A stretch of DNA of 64,000 nt from Lingula anatina (taxonomy: Eukaryota; Animalia; Brachiopoda). A program made the position numbers and the translations under genes. Shown one piece after another: positions 1 to 11,551 of the stretch (its first letter is position 1; every line of letters begins with the position of its first letter). The stretch lies in NCBI GenBank assembly GCA_051362555.1, contig CM120644.1, forward strand, positions 16,514,534-16,578,533. The letters are read 5' to 3'. Under the pieces are notes generated by a model. That model searched no databases. It saw only the letters and a list, made by a program, of their open reading frames with translations, and was not told the origin of the DNA.

Positions 1-1422
1 TGCTTAGAAAATACAGGTACGTCGTTGAAAGCACTAGTATTGATTCACAACAACGTAGAAGAATTTGACCTGTATTACTTGTATTATTTTCCGAATTTGG
101 AGTATCTACATCTGTCGAATAATCTTATTGTCTTTTCCCCCATAAATGGAAAGGACGTTTCTGGCAATATCAGGGGTTCTTTTACGTATATTTTCCTACT
201 GCTAGGGAACTTAAAGTACATGAGAATCGACAATAACTTGAGAAACAAAGATACGGGCCCTCTACAATATGCCTTAACGCATTCTTTTTGGAAAAGCCTC
301 CCGTCATGTAAGCTTAAACAATACGTTCCCAGGTCTTTTAATGTAAAAGACATGCCATCACCAGTTTTACGATTTTCTCTTCCTATTAACATTGAATTCC
401 TTTCGATGAGTTGGTGGTCAAATTTGGGCAGTAAACTTTCTGTTTCGTGCCCCTTTAAAGAAAGCGTATATATTTATCCAAATAAGCTACGCTTTCTTAG
501 GATGGAAGGCGTTGGTGTATTTTATGGATTGGACAATTTGGAACATTTCAATGCTTCCCATAATATCCTCAACTGTCTTCCAAGAGACTTTTTCAATGGT
601 CACTTTCCATCGTTGAGGTCCCTAAATCTTGGTGACAACAAACTAGGACCTTTAATAAGTGAGGATGGGATACGTCCAGTAAAACTCCCAAGGTTAAAGT
701 TTTTGGATTTATCACTGAATGAGATCAGGACCATCCCTGAGAACTTTTTCGACCGCCTTGTCTCTCTTCAGCGACTGGTGCTGCTCGGCAATTACCTAAA
801 TGCAGGTTCCTTTGGTATGATAAATTACATGTCCGTGGAAGATTTGAGCCACACCACGGAATGGGCATATTCATTAGACTATTTGGAAACTAAGGGGGAC
901 CTAGATTCTAGCTTAAGTATTCATTTGAATATGACGTACAATCCTAGAGCCTGCACCTTTTACAATGGGGAGGGATTTCATCGAAGGAGGGCCCGCAGCA
1001 GTACATTTTCTGAAGCAGATTTATCACAAGATTTGGAAACTAAAGGGAAACCATATTCTAGCTTAAGTATCCAACTGAATATGACAAACAATCCTACAGA
1101 CTACAACCATTGCGATAGGGGGGAATTTCTTCAATGGCTTGTTTTTTCAAATATTACAGTAACATTTTCTAACGACTCTGATTGCCCCATGAATGGTTCA
1201 AAAACAGGTCTGCGGTATACACTATATGAACTTTGTGAGAAATGTGATATTGGCTATCAGATAAAAAGTCCAAATCAGTGGCTGTCTCTTGGGATCTCCC
1301 TAACTAGTATCCTTGGTGTGACCTGCGGTTTAATAACAGCTTACATATATCGCTGGAATATCAAGTATGTATTATAATCAGGGTTTACGTGGTTACGGAT
1401 GTTTGTAAACGGATGGTTGTAA

Positions 1423-1460
<38 letters not shown>

Positions 1461-2135
1461 TGTGGGTGGGTGGGTGTGGTGAGAGAAATAGAATGATAGA
1501 GACTGCAATATGTTAATAAAAATGTATGTAAAATGCGCCTAATCTCATTTTACAAACTCTATCATATACACGTTAAGGAGAATAAACTTTAAATGGCGTT
1601 TTTTATGTGAAAAAAAAAGCTGAATTTCATTATAAAATGCATCTTATATTTTAGATATCGACTATATCTACTTCGACGCCGGTTACGTAGACAAGGATTT
1701 ATTGCAACCCCGCCTGGTCACGTGTACATTTCATACGATGATGGTGATGATCAGTGGGTAGTGAATGAACTTTTACGTCATTTAGAAGTGGCGAAAGAGC
1801 TTGACGTCATTATAGATCAGAGGGATTTCATTGGTGGAGCATCTCTGGCTGAAGCTATCGTCGAAGCTGTGGATAACAGCAGGAAGACAGTTCTTGTTCT
1901 ATCAGAAAATTTCGTGCTAAACCCTTGGTGTGAATTTGAGTTTGAAATGTCACTGGCTCGCGGTTACAATTCGGTGATACCAGTCATGTTTCAAACGGTC
2001 CCCTTTGATGTCATGACAAAATCGCTTCGGAAATTCATAAAGGCAAGAGGTTATATAAAATGGTCCGACAGTCAAGCAGGACAGCGTTTATTTTGGAAAC
2101 GTCTCATGGATGCTATTCTCGCCGTCAATAATTAA
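1..2135 (+). CDS. Toll-like receptor, copy A (5'-truncated by window edge); exons <1-1364 and 1655-2135
   Basis: Open frame from base 1 (CLENTGTSLKALVL...) with LRR repeats (LEYLHLSNN, LRSLNLGDNKL, LKFLDLSLNEI) and a TM helix (WLSLGISLTSILGVTCGLITAYIY). Donor AA|GTATGT at 1365 and acceptor TTTTAG|A at 1654 join in phase 2 to give RWNIK-YRLYLL. TIR domain follows (VYISY, QRDFIGG, SRKTVLVLS, WCEFE, FWKRL). Paralogous to copy B. Confidence 0.9.
1426..1480. repeat. (TG)n microsatellite in TLR-A intron
   Basis: Direct reading; a homologous (TG)n tract lies at 10739-10765 in the TLR-B intron. Confidence 0.9.
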
Positions 2136-3908
2136 CTTGTGCATGATGGTGAAGTTGACCACACCGATTTGCTGTAATAACCACATGTTATATTTATAAT
2201 TAACAACTTGTGCAGAAAAATATCCAAATAAAAGGAAAATAACACCTTTGAGGTAGTCTGACATATCATATTGTGAATTTTTTAATTTTTTTAAAATTGA
2301 TTGATAAATTTATTAATTAATTAATTAATTAATTTATTTATTTATTTATTTTTTTTTTTTTTGCATTCTGAATTTCTGTCCATTTTGTAAATACACCGTG
2401 AATGTGTACATACAGTGCTCATCGCCAACTTAGTAATGGAGATGCTTATTTCTCTGATAGTAGGAAGGAAGTAAGAATGGAACCGTATATGATATTAGAT
2501 TTTTTTAGTGATCTTTTCAATAACATTACCAGCCTTCACTAATTTTTTTTCAAACGTGAGAATCAGACGCTTGATTATACCCTCTTGTCATCCCGGGGGT
2601 TGGAGAGTGGGGATTGTATGGACTCCTTTCATTATAGGTGTTCTGTTATATACAGTATATTGAATTTAAATGAACAGCATTTCTCTGCATAAAGCCTTTA
2701 GCTCTACAGTTTTGGAAACGGCTAGCACGTATTTTTGGTTTATATAAAGACATAGGGAGAAGAAAAAACCCGTGAATAACACTTAATTTTAAAATACATT
2801 GTAAATACGTGTGTATGTAATGTATATAATAAAATTACTGCTTTGTATGTGTATCTGACGAGTTAATGTAAGTTGCTCTACTACATCCTTACGTAGATAT
2901 CGTGTAAACGGATTTACATTATCTGAGCGAAATCTGATTGTAATTCTGCAGTCACAAATATATCAAATTCCTGCTAAGTCACTGCTTTAATAAAGATTTC
3001 GTAAAATGCTCAATGACCCAATTTGAATGCATTTGATACGACCTAGAACGTCTTCCTAGTTCGCGCATGTTAAGTAAACGGGCCTTATACATGTAGATGT
3101 GAAGGTTTTGTTAACCCCGTCATGTGTTTGGAAAATCTTATTTTATTTACTTTTATGCGGCTGCATATTTCTTTAGGAGCAAATGCACAATGGAGACTGC
3201 CTATCAAACAAACCCAGCTAAATCTAATTTAGTAACCTTCAATGGTGTAAAACGCTTTGGGTGCTGTGTAAACATACTTTCCCCAACCTGCCTGTGACTC
3301 ATTTAAAACTAACCAGGAAGTTTTGATCATATCAACTTAGCTTCAACTGGTGGAAACTAGCAATCCACCCATTATCTGAACCACTAATAGGATACTGCGA
3401 TGCTCCAATACAGGGATGTTAAACATCAACATCGACAATAAGCGACACAGACAACACAAATATAGTTTATATCACAACACGCACACGTCAGAGTTACTAC
3501 ATTATGTGATACCACCGTGTTGATCAATCTTACTTTAAGATAGAAATTAACTGCGGAATGTTTCTATTGACCAACCAAATATGAAATGTATAAACCAGAA
3601 GATTATTGGAACCATTCCAAACAATATGACATCGTATAGTAGTTCATTTTTCCATTTAAAAAGCAAAAAACACGATATATTAGGAAAATGTTATACAGTA
3701 GCTTCTTTCTAAATAAAATGTTTTTATTTATTTATTTATTTGTTTGTTTGTTTATTTATTTATTTTGAACGGAACAGTATAAATAATAATCAGATTTGAT
3801 TATAAATGTACGTATAAGGACACTATTTCAAGTCATTGTGGCAGTGACGCTCGATTCACCATCAGGCCATATCTTATCGATAGCAATTGTGTTGAGGGTA
3901 ATGCAAAG

Positions 3909-3977
3909 GGGGATTCCCATAACTTGTATTTGATTTCTTTTATATGAAAATTCGATCTGTGAATTAAGGGGATTTTT
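3909..3977 (+). promoter_or_regulatory. Candidate NF-kB/Rel sites upstream of coiled-coil ORF
   Basis: GGGGATTCCC (3909-3918) matches GGGRNNYYCC; weaker GGGGATTTTT at 3968-3977. Both positions have kB-like counterparts in the paralogous promoter (15254, 15318). Confidence 0.55.
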
Positions 3978-4051
3978 GTGTGATATGCTTTATGCGCCAT
4001 CTTAATTTTGAGGAGTAAATCTTACTTCCTCGTTCTACTTATTACACAATC

Positions 4052-4834
4052 ATGGCACAACTTGTGTCTGAAGTTAGTAAACTTGTCAAGAAGTGCAATC
4101 AACTGTCAAATGAAAACTTAGAGCTACGACAGGAACAGGAAAATCATGCTACTGCGATACGAGAGCGCGACGCACAAATATCAGAGCTGAACGGGATGAT
4201 TCAAATTCTGCGAAGGGGGGCGGCTTCATGCTTAGATTCAGAAAGGCGGCTAGCGCTTGAAAATGCGACCCTTCTTGATTCCAATCAGAATCAAAGTCTG
4301 GAACTTAAAGAGCGGGTGAAGAAAATACATCAACTTCAGGCTGAATTAAAGAAAGCCCGTCTCGATGGTATCGAGGTAAAAGGTCAACTGACGTCACTGA
4401 GGTCTAAGGTCACCGCTGCTTATGAACGTATCCAACAGCTGGAGACTGAGAATGCTCAGTTAAAGGCTGACTTGAACGTTGCCAGACAGGAATACGAGCC
4501 CTCTGCGTTTAATTCAGAGCACCCCCCTCAGCTTGAAGAAGAAGAAGAAGAAGAGTATGATGATGATGATGATGAAGAAGATGAGGAAGAAGAAGAAAAC
4601 GAAGTCAATAGCCATACTGACACCACAGCTGGTGAAGTTAGGAGACAGGTGACAGGAAACGATACAGAGGCTGGGGAACGAGTGAAAAGCAACGATGTCT
4701 TGTATGTGAAAACATATGGACAGATCTTTTATACATCTTACGGTCTAGTAGTTAAAGTATCGGATATTATACGTCAGTGTGATGAACACAATAAAGAGCA
4801 TTTTGGGTGGTGTCCACATGGATATCGATATTGA
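4052..4834 (+). CDS. Intronless 260-aa coiled-coil protein with acidic E/D tract; no family recognised
   Basis: ATG in good context (aatcATGg), ~145 aa of heptad-like E/K/L/Q-rich sequence, a poly-E/D tract, and a Cys/His-containing tail (CDEHNKEHFGWCPHGYRY). A recognisable paralog remnant lies at 15409-15708. Confidence 0.7.
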   Translation: MAQLVSEVSKLVKKCNQLSNENLELRQEQENHATAIRERDAQISELNGMIQILRRGAASCLDSERRLALENATLLDSNQNQSLELKERVKKIHQLQAELKKARLDGIEVKGQLTSLRSKVTAAYERIQQLETENAQLKADLNVARQEYEPSAFNSEHPPQLEEEEEEEYDDDDDEEDEEEEENEVNSHTDTTAGEVRRQVTGNDTEAGERVKSNDVLYVKTYGQIFYTSYGLVVKVSDIIRQCDEHNKEHFGWCPHGYRY

Positions 4835-4858
4835 GAACAAGTGCTTGTAAGTTGCCTT

Positions 4859-4900
<42 letters not shown>

Positions 4901-5235
4901 ACAACATCATCAACAACAACAATAATAATATCTTTTTATGAATTTGAAAGCTCTGGCATGTTTCACCGAGGCTTCAGTGATATTAAAAATGTTGAAATAA
5001 GCACAATATAATTCATTGAAAATATATTATAGTAGGCCTACAGTTTTCTAAATTACAATTTTCTAGTAGAGAAAGAGAATGATTAAATGACGAGTTTTCT
5101 CTTATGTCAGTACTTTTTAAATTGATAATATAGTTTTGAGGCGACAGTGGTGCAAAAATAATTTACAACTTTTATTTGGTTAACAAGCACTAGTTGTGTT
5201 ATACGAAATGCATGTATTTCACAACTTTGCTGGTA

Positions 5236-5390
5236 CAGGCCCGTACCTAGCAGTTGCAATATTTTCTGAAAATGTGGACCTTTTGTCGTGAAACATTATT
5301 TTATCTAGATCAAATTTACCCAGAGGGGACCTTTTCCCAGCAAAAAGGGGGGTCTTTTCAACCCCCGAATCCCTCCTGGCTACAAGGCTG
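5236..5390. mobile_element. Short degenerate MITE (CAGGCCCGTA...TGGCTACAAGGCTG termini)
   Basis: Imperfect terminal inverted repeats; a similar right-end remnant lies near 7730-7785. Confidence 0.4.
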
Positions 5391-5430
5391 TTGTGCATAC
5401 TCTATGTAGATATTATTATTTTCATTACAG

Positions 5431-5986
5431 TGGCCTGGTGACAACAGAACACTTGCAGAGGTCGGAATCCCACCTAACGCAATGATCCACTGTGGTGAGT
5501 ATTCGGAGTTCACATCTCTTAGTCCTCCAACTCCAGGGTCCAGTTTCATCAACACTGGATAGCGCTATCCTATGGATAGCACTATTCATTGGATAAAACT
5601 GTTATCCTCTAGACAGTTATCCTGAGAAGAGCAGCAATTTTTTATCCAAATGATAGCAATTTCAGAAACTAAAATAAGTATCTATGGCGTTTAGAAATCA
5701 TCACATTACCAACAGGATAATTGACCAGAGGGTAACACTTCCTTCTAATGGAGTTCAAGGTGACCGAAGTTCTCCCGAAGCTTTACGGGATTTGAAAGAG
5801 AAGGGGCTCAGAAATAATGGCAGACTTTTATGTGCAGTGCAGGAAAGAATAAAAAATTACAACATTTCTTCAAGGACTTTTCTCTAGTTGTTTGATGGAA
5901 TTGGTTATTTATGTATTTCAGGTCCAACAATAGAAGCGATGATGGATGCAGCCAAACAGGCACATGAAAATCATTCTGCAAAATGA
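5431..5986 (+). other. Two putative 3' exons (5431-5494, 5922-5986) of an unidentified, possibly ubiquitin-like gene
   Basis: TTTCATTACAG|TGG...TGTG|GTGAGT and TATTTCAG|GT...TGA join in phase 1 to WPGDNRTLAEVGIPPNAMIHC-GPTIEAMMDAAKQAHENHSAK*. A degenerate copy of the first exon with GTGAGT lies near 13084-13140. Confidence 0.3.
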
Positions 5987-8152
5987 GATGTTGTGCTGCA
6001 CCAATGCAGACGCACCAAACGTGAGCGCCAACAAGAATGGTCATAAAGAACACGCGTTATGTTTTCTTTAAATCTAATCAAAATCAACTGTGACAGCTGT
6101 GAAGTGATTTTTAAAATTGTAACTCATCTACTATTAAGTTCAACTCTTACATTTGTAACTCTTAGGTAATTTATAAGTTGTGTATATTGTGTAAATAGAA
6201 TCTACAGGTATATGTGTGTGACTTTTTAAAAAATCTAATAATTAAGAGGAAAACAAATGTTGTATGTGTTTAATTGACCCGAAAAAGACACTGGACATAC
6301 GGAACTACTTCCATATCGAAGTAACTGGTAACGTGAGCTACTTGCCAACGGCTAAGTACGAGAAGAACCGAAAACATATATGTAATACGATACGTGAATG
6401 TACAAGCTAACAATGTATAACACTGTATTGCAGTTTACTTTCTTTTCCTTTGAATAGCTTAATACATACCACCACAAAGAACATACAGTGTAGGTATAAA
6501 GTGCGCGTCATTCATTTACCTGTACAATTTGCTGAATCTGCTCACAACCTTCATTCAGCCTTGTTCGCTTTCAGAAAGAAATGAGCACGCAGCTAGCTAG
6601 ATGTCAAGCGTGTCCAAGTTAGATCAATATACCATATGTTCTACAGTAAATTCTGCATTTCCTTTACGAAAATGAAACATTTCACCTATTTTTTTCTTTA
6701 TTCCAAAGACAATCAACAACATGAATGCGCCCCTTTTACAGGGTACCTGGAAGGCGGTAGTACCTGTTAATGCAAATCAATGCGCTTCGTTGAAAACCAA
6801 AGTTTTCGGAGAAGTAGGTTGCTATTTAACCAGGATCGAGTGGCAAAGGGTCACCTAGTAGAATGTATGGAAGAAAAATACTGTTACAGCTGATGTAATG
6901 GGGACAGTGTATGGTCTACACACGCATGTATACATGTATCTGCTGAACTGGATAAAATCGATTCATACAATGAAATTTACAAATGTTCAAGTTGATCAAG
7001 TCCTGAAACAGGCCAGGTGGTAACAGAGTAGTATCGCGGATCATATTGTAAATAGGGGACAATTTAATCTAAGTTGTCCAGTGTCTCCAAACCAACAAAA
7101 CTATATATTTGTTGAACGCTTCTCTGATATTTACTCCAACATAAAAATAGTCTTAAAAGTTGACTCAACGCATAAAGTACCATCCTGATAAATCCCACGT
7201 GTCACACAGGAATATTCAAGCCCTCTGTGTTTCGTGTCAAAGATGAAGATCGAGCTACTTGAACAGTTCACACTTTAGTGTGTTATGGAATATACTGATA
7301 TCTAGCGGCACGATATTGGGCACGTACTTAGCGTATGGTCCACAGTCACAGCCAAACAGTTGCTCAAGTTCCACCCAAAACTAGCAAACTAATGCCGGCA
7401 TAGTTTCGGTTTACATTTTACATAAAAGTGGGTGATTTCGGCTCTCTAAGTCAGAGTATTCCTTTGCTTCGACAGTCTTGAGATAAAAAAGTTATTTTCC
7501 TGTATTTTAAACTGCAGTAATACAGCATTTATTTGTCATTTGTGATCAGACTGATTTAAACGAATAAACAAATGTATAGAAAGTAACGCATCATGTGACC
7601 TCGTCAGATGTTTGAAAGAGAGACACGCAGCGCTGGAGAGGGGGTGCCGAACAAACTGTCCTTTTTTGCCGGGAAGAGGTCATGCATCCATGGACAAAAT
7701 TGAATGTAGGTGCACGCAGGTTTCGTGGTAAAAAGTCCACCACTTTTCAACCCCCTCCCTTTGAAATCGCTGGCTAAGGGGCCTAAAAGAGCTTTTCTTT
7801 TAACATTTGTCTGAATGTTTCTCTTAAGTGAAGGTTGATCATCCTAAATCATTTCTTACGATTGGTCCAGTGTGTGTGTGGGGGGGGGGGGATGGGGGGG
7901 TAGATCTTTTAAAGACATAAAAGACATAATCCACGTGAGATACCTCAAGCAGTGTCTGTCTCTGCAGTTAAATATCATTATCCTTGCTTTATATGCAAAT
8001 ACAGCATCCAGACTATATTTTTACTGCAATGTAATTGAATCTTACTAGAAGGTTGAACAGTATGCGCCGGGATCTTTTTCAGAAATCAATCAGCCGTTAT
8101 ACAGGTACTTTGTAATACGGAATGGCCAATAAGGTAGCTTGTTGAACTTGAA

Positions 8153-8163
8153 GGGGAATTCCC
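8153..8163. promoter_or_regulatory. Palindromic NF-kB/Rel-like site ~330 bp upstream of TLR-B start
   Basis: GGGGAATTCCC matches the kB consensus on both strands. Confidence 0.5.
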
Positions 8164-8485
8164 TTTTGGAAAGCTAAACCCAACACGGTAAATACCATAC
8201 AACAATAACGCCAACACTATGTTGATCATTCTTATTTAGAATAGAAATACTAACACGTACTAAAGAATGAATTGGCCATATGAAACGAATGCTGTGACGG
8301 CTTTATGTTCATGCTCGTTATAAGGCAAAGAAAGGCAAGGATATATGAAAAACAGGGATAGAAAGGACGTAAGCAGCACATTACAACTAAAGGGGTGACA
8401 CGACACTATTGACGCCATAGTGTGCAGTAGTCAGGAGAATACCATACTACACGTAGTATCAACACTATAAAGCTGGATACAAACC

Positions 8486-11400
8486 ATGTACCTTGCAACA
8501 GGAGTAGCAGGGGGTTACCTTTGCACTATATTATTTTTGTTGATCTGCTGCAACGGTACTACATGTGGTAGTGCTGATGGAGAAAGTCTTGTAGAAGAAT
8601 GTCCAAAGGAGTGTCGCTGCAGTACCACATCTCCCTCTTCCAACACAGTTGATTGCTCCGGAAGGTCCATCAGATCCATACCCCTGGACATTCCACGTAA
8701 TACAACCGTCTTAGACCTACGAAACATCGGTCTTTCTGAAATACCGCCATATGCATTAAGTCATCTGGAGAACTTAAACGCACTTTACCTGGGAGGAAAT
8801 GACATAACAGCGTTCAACGAGAACAGTTTTGCGGGTTTAAAGGCATTGGAATACTTGAATCTGTTTCCAATTCATCCAGGAATGAATGTCGACTATAGTA
8901 CCTTCCCTCCAACTTTGTTCCGTGAATTAACCTCGTTGAAAACCCTTCACATTGGTGGCATGGGTTCGGGTGAAAATGTTCAACAAGATTACATAGATTG
9001 CACAATAGCGCCATTACACCAGTTGGAGGAGTTGTTTTTGTCTTATTTGCCTCACGGAAATTTATCATTTGGTCCTGGATATAGTAACCTATCGTCTCTG
9101 AAGACACTAGTTTTCAAGAGGTATTCAAGTACTGAGACACAGTTGCAAAAAAAGGCTTTCGTGTGGTTGAAAAATTGCCCAATCGAAAAACTTGCTTTCA
9201 TTGACTGCAACGTTAACCGTTCGGACCCAGATATGTTGTCTATTTTTCCACATTTAAAAGTGTTAGATCTGGAGTGCAGTTATTTTTTGTCTTCGCAAAA
9301 TGTAGAAGATTTTATTTGTGGCTTAAAGAACAACACAGTCGAAACTATTCGCTTAAATAATATTTTTCAAAAACGAGATAATGGTGCCATACCTGTCTCA
9401 CACTGGACGATATCAGCTTCAGCTTTCAAATGCTTAGAAAATACGCCACTGAGAACACTGGAATTAATAAAAAACAGAATAGAAGGATTTGACTTGAACA
9501 ACTTGCATTATTTTCCGAATTTGGAATATCTTGATCTGTCAAATAATATCATGATGTTTTTCCCAGAAAATGAAAAGGAGAATGTTGGAGAAAACAGTGT
9601 TGGGGATTATTGGGCATATTTATATCCACTATTAAGAAAACTTAAGTATATGAGAATCGACAATAACTTGATAAACAAAAATAAGGCCCCTCCAAAATGT
9701 GACTTAACGCACTCTTTTTGGAAAGGCCGCCCGTCATTCAAACTTAAACAATACGTACATGTAGCCAGGTCTTTAAATGAACAAAACATGCCTTTACCGG
9801 TTATAAAAGTGCTTTTACCTGCAAATTTGGAATTCGTGTCAATGAGTTGGTGGCCAGTTTGGGACAATGGAGTTTCTTCTTATTGTGCCTTAAGAGGAAG
9901 TTTATATTTTTATCCAAATAAGGTACGCTATCTTACAGCGGAAGGCGCTGGTTTCAAATATGCATCATATTTATTTTATGGATTTGACAATTTGGAGCAT
10001 CTCGATGTTTCCCATAATATCCTCAACTGTCTTCCAAGAGATTTTTTCAACGGTCACTTTCCATCGTTGAGGTCCCTAAATCTTGGTGACAACAAACTAG
10101 GACCTTTAATAAGTGAGGATGGCATACGTCCAGTAAAACTTCCACGCTTACAGTTTTTTGATTTATCACTGAATGAGATCAGGACCATCCCTAAGAACTT
10201 TTTTGACCACCTTGTCTCCCTTCAGCGGCTGGTGCTGCGAGGCAATTACCTTAATACGGTGTCGTTCAGTATGATAAATTTCGTGTCTGTGGAATACATA
10301 GATCTGAGCAACAACAAACTACAGGCATTTTCATCAGAAGAGATGGAAAATATAAGGAAACTAAATTCTAGCTTAAGCGTTAATTTGAATATGACGAACA
10401 ATCCTGTAGACTGCACCCTTTGCGATAGTGAGGAATTTATTCAATGGCTTATTTTTTCAAACATTACAGTTACATTTTCCAACGACTCCGATTGCCCCAT
10501 GAATGGTTCAAATACAGGTCTGCGGAATACACTAAATGAACTTCGTGAGAAATGTGATATTGGCTATCAGATAAAAAGTCCAAATCAGTGGCTGTCTCTC
10601 GGGATCTCCCTAACCAGTATCGCTGGTGTGACCTGCGGTTTAGTAGCAGCGTACATATATCGTTGGAATATCAAGTATGTATTATATTCAGGGTTTATTT
10701 GGTTATGGATGTGATTATGACATCATAATTGTGAATTATGTGTGTGTGTGTGTGTATGTGTGTGTTGAGAGAAAGAGAATGAGAGAGACTGATATATGTT
10801 AATCAAAATGTATGTAAAATGCGCCTAATATTATGTTACCAACACTATCATATACACGTTAAGGAGAATGGTCTTTAAATACTGTTGTGTTTTTTTTCAT
10901 GTGAAAAAGCTCTATTTATATCATTTTACAAACTCTATCATATACACGTTAAGGAGAATAAACTTTAAATGGTGTTTTTTATGTGAAAAAAAGCTGAATT
11001 ACATTATCAAATTCGTCTTATATTTTAGATATCGACTATATCTACTGCGACACCGGTTACGTAGACAAGGGTTTATTGCAACCCCGCCTGGTCACGTGTA
11101 CGTTTCATACGATGACAATGATTATTACTGGGTAGTGAATGAATTTTTACGCCATTTAGAAGAGGAGAACGAGCTTGACGTCATAATAGATCAGAGGGAT
11201 TTCATTGGTGGAGCATCTCTGGCTGAAGCTATCGTCGAAGCTGTGGATAACAGCAGGAAGACAGTTCTCGTTCTATCAGAAACCTCCATGCTTAACTCGT
11301 GGTGTGAATTTGAGTTTGAAATGTCATTGGCTCGTGGCTACAATTCGGTGATACCAGTCATGTTTCAAACGGTTCCGTTCGATGCCATGACGAAATCGCT

Positions 11401-11551
11401 TCGGAAATTCATAAAGGCAAAGGGCTATGTAAAATGGTCCGACAGTGAAGCAGGACAGCGTTTATTTTGGAAACGTCTAATGGATTCGATTCTTGACGTA
11501 AATAATCAACTTGTGCATGATGGTGAAGTTGACGACATTGAAATGCTGTAA
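8486..11551 (+). CDS. Toll-like receptor, copy B, complete, single-cysteine-cluster type, ~903 aa; exons 8486-10674 and 11029-11551
   Basis: Signal peptide, LRRNT (CPKECRCSTT...VDCSGR), many LRRs, LRRCT (NPVDCTLCD...C...C), TM helix. AA|GTATGT donor at 10675 and TTTTAG|A acceptor at 11028 (phase 2) lead to a TIR domain ending DDIEML*. Spliced length 2712 nt is a multiple of 3. Confidence 0.93.

Noticed and set aside
10868-11028. N-terminal 54 aa of the 227-aa TIR ORF (stand-alone TIR gene)
   Set aside because: Intronic sequence containing a local tandem duplication; the real exon begins at 11029.
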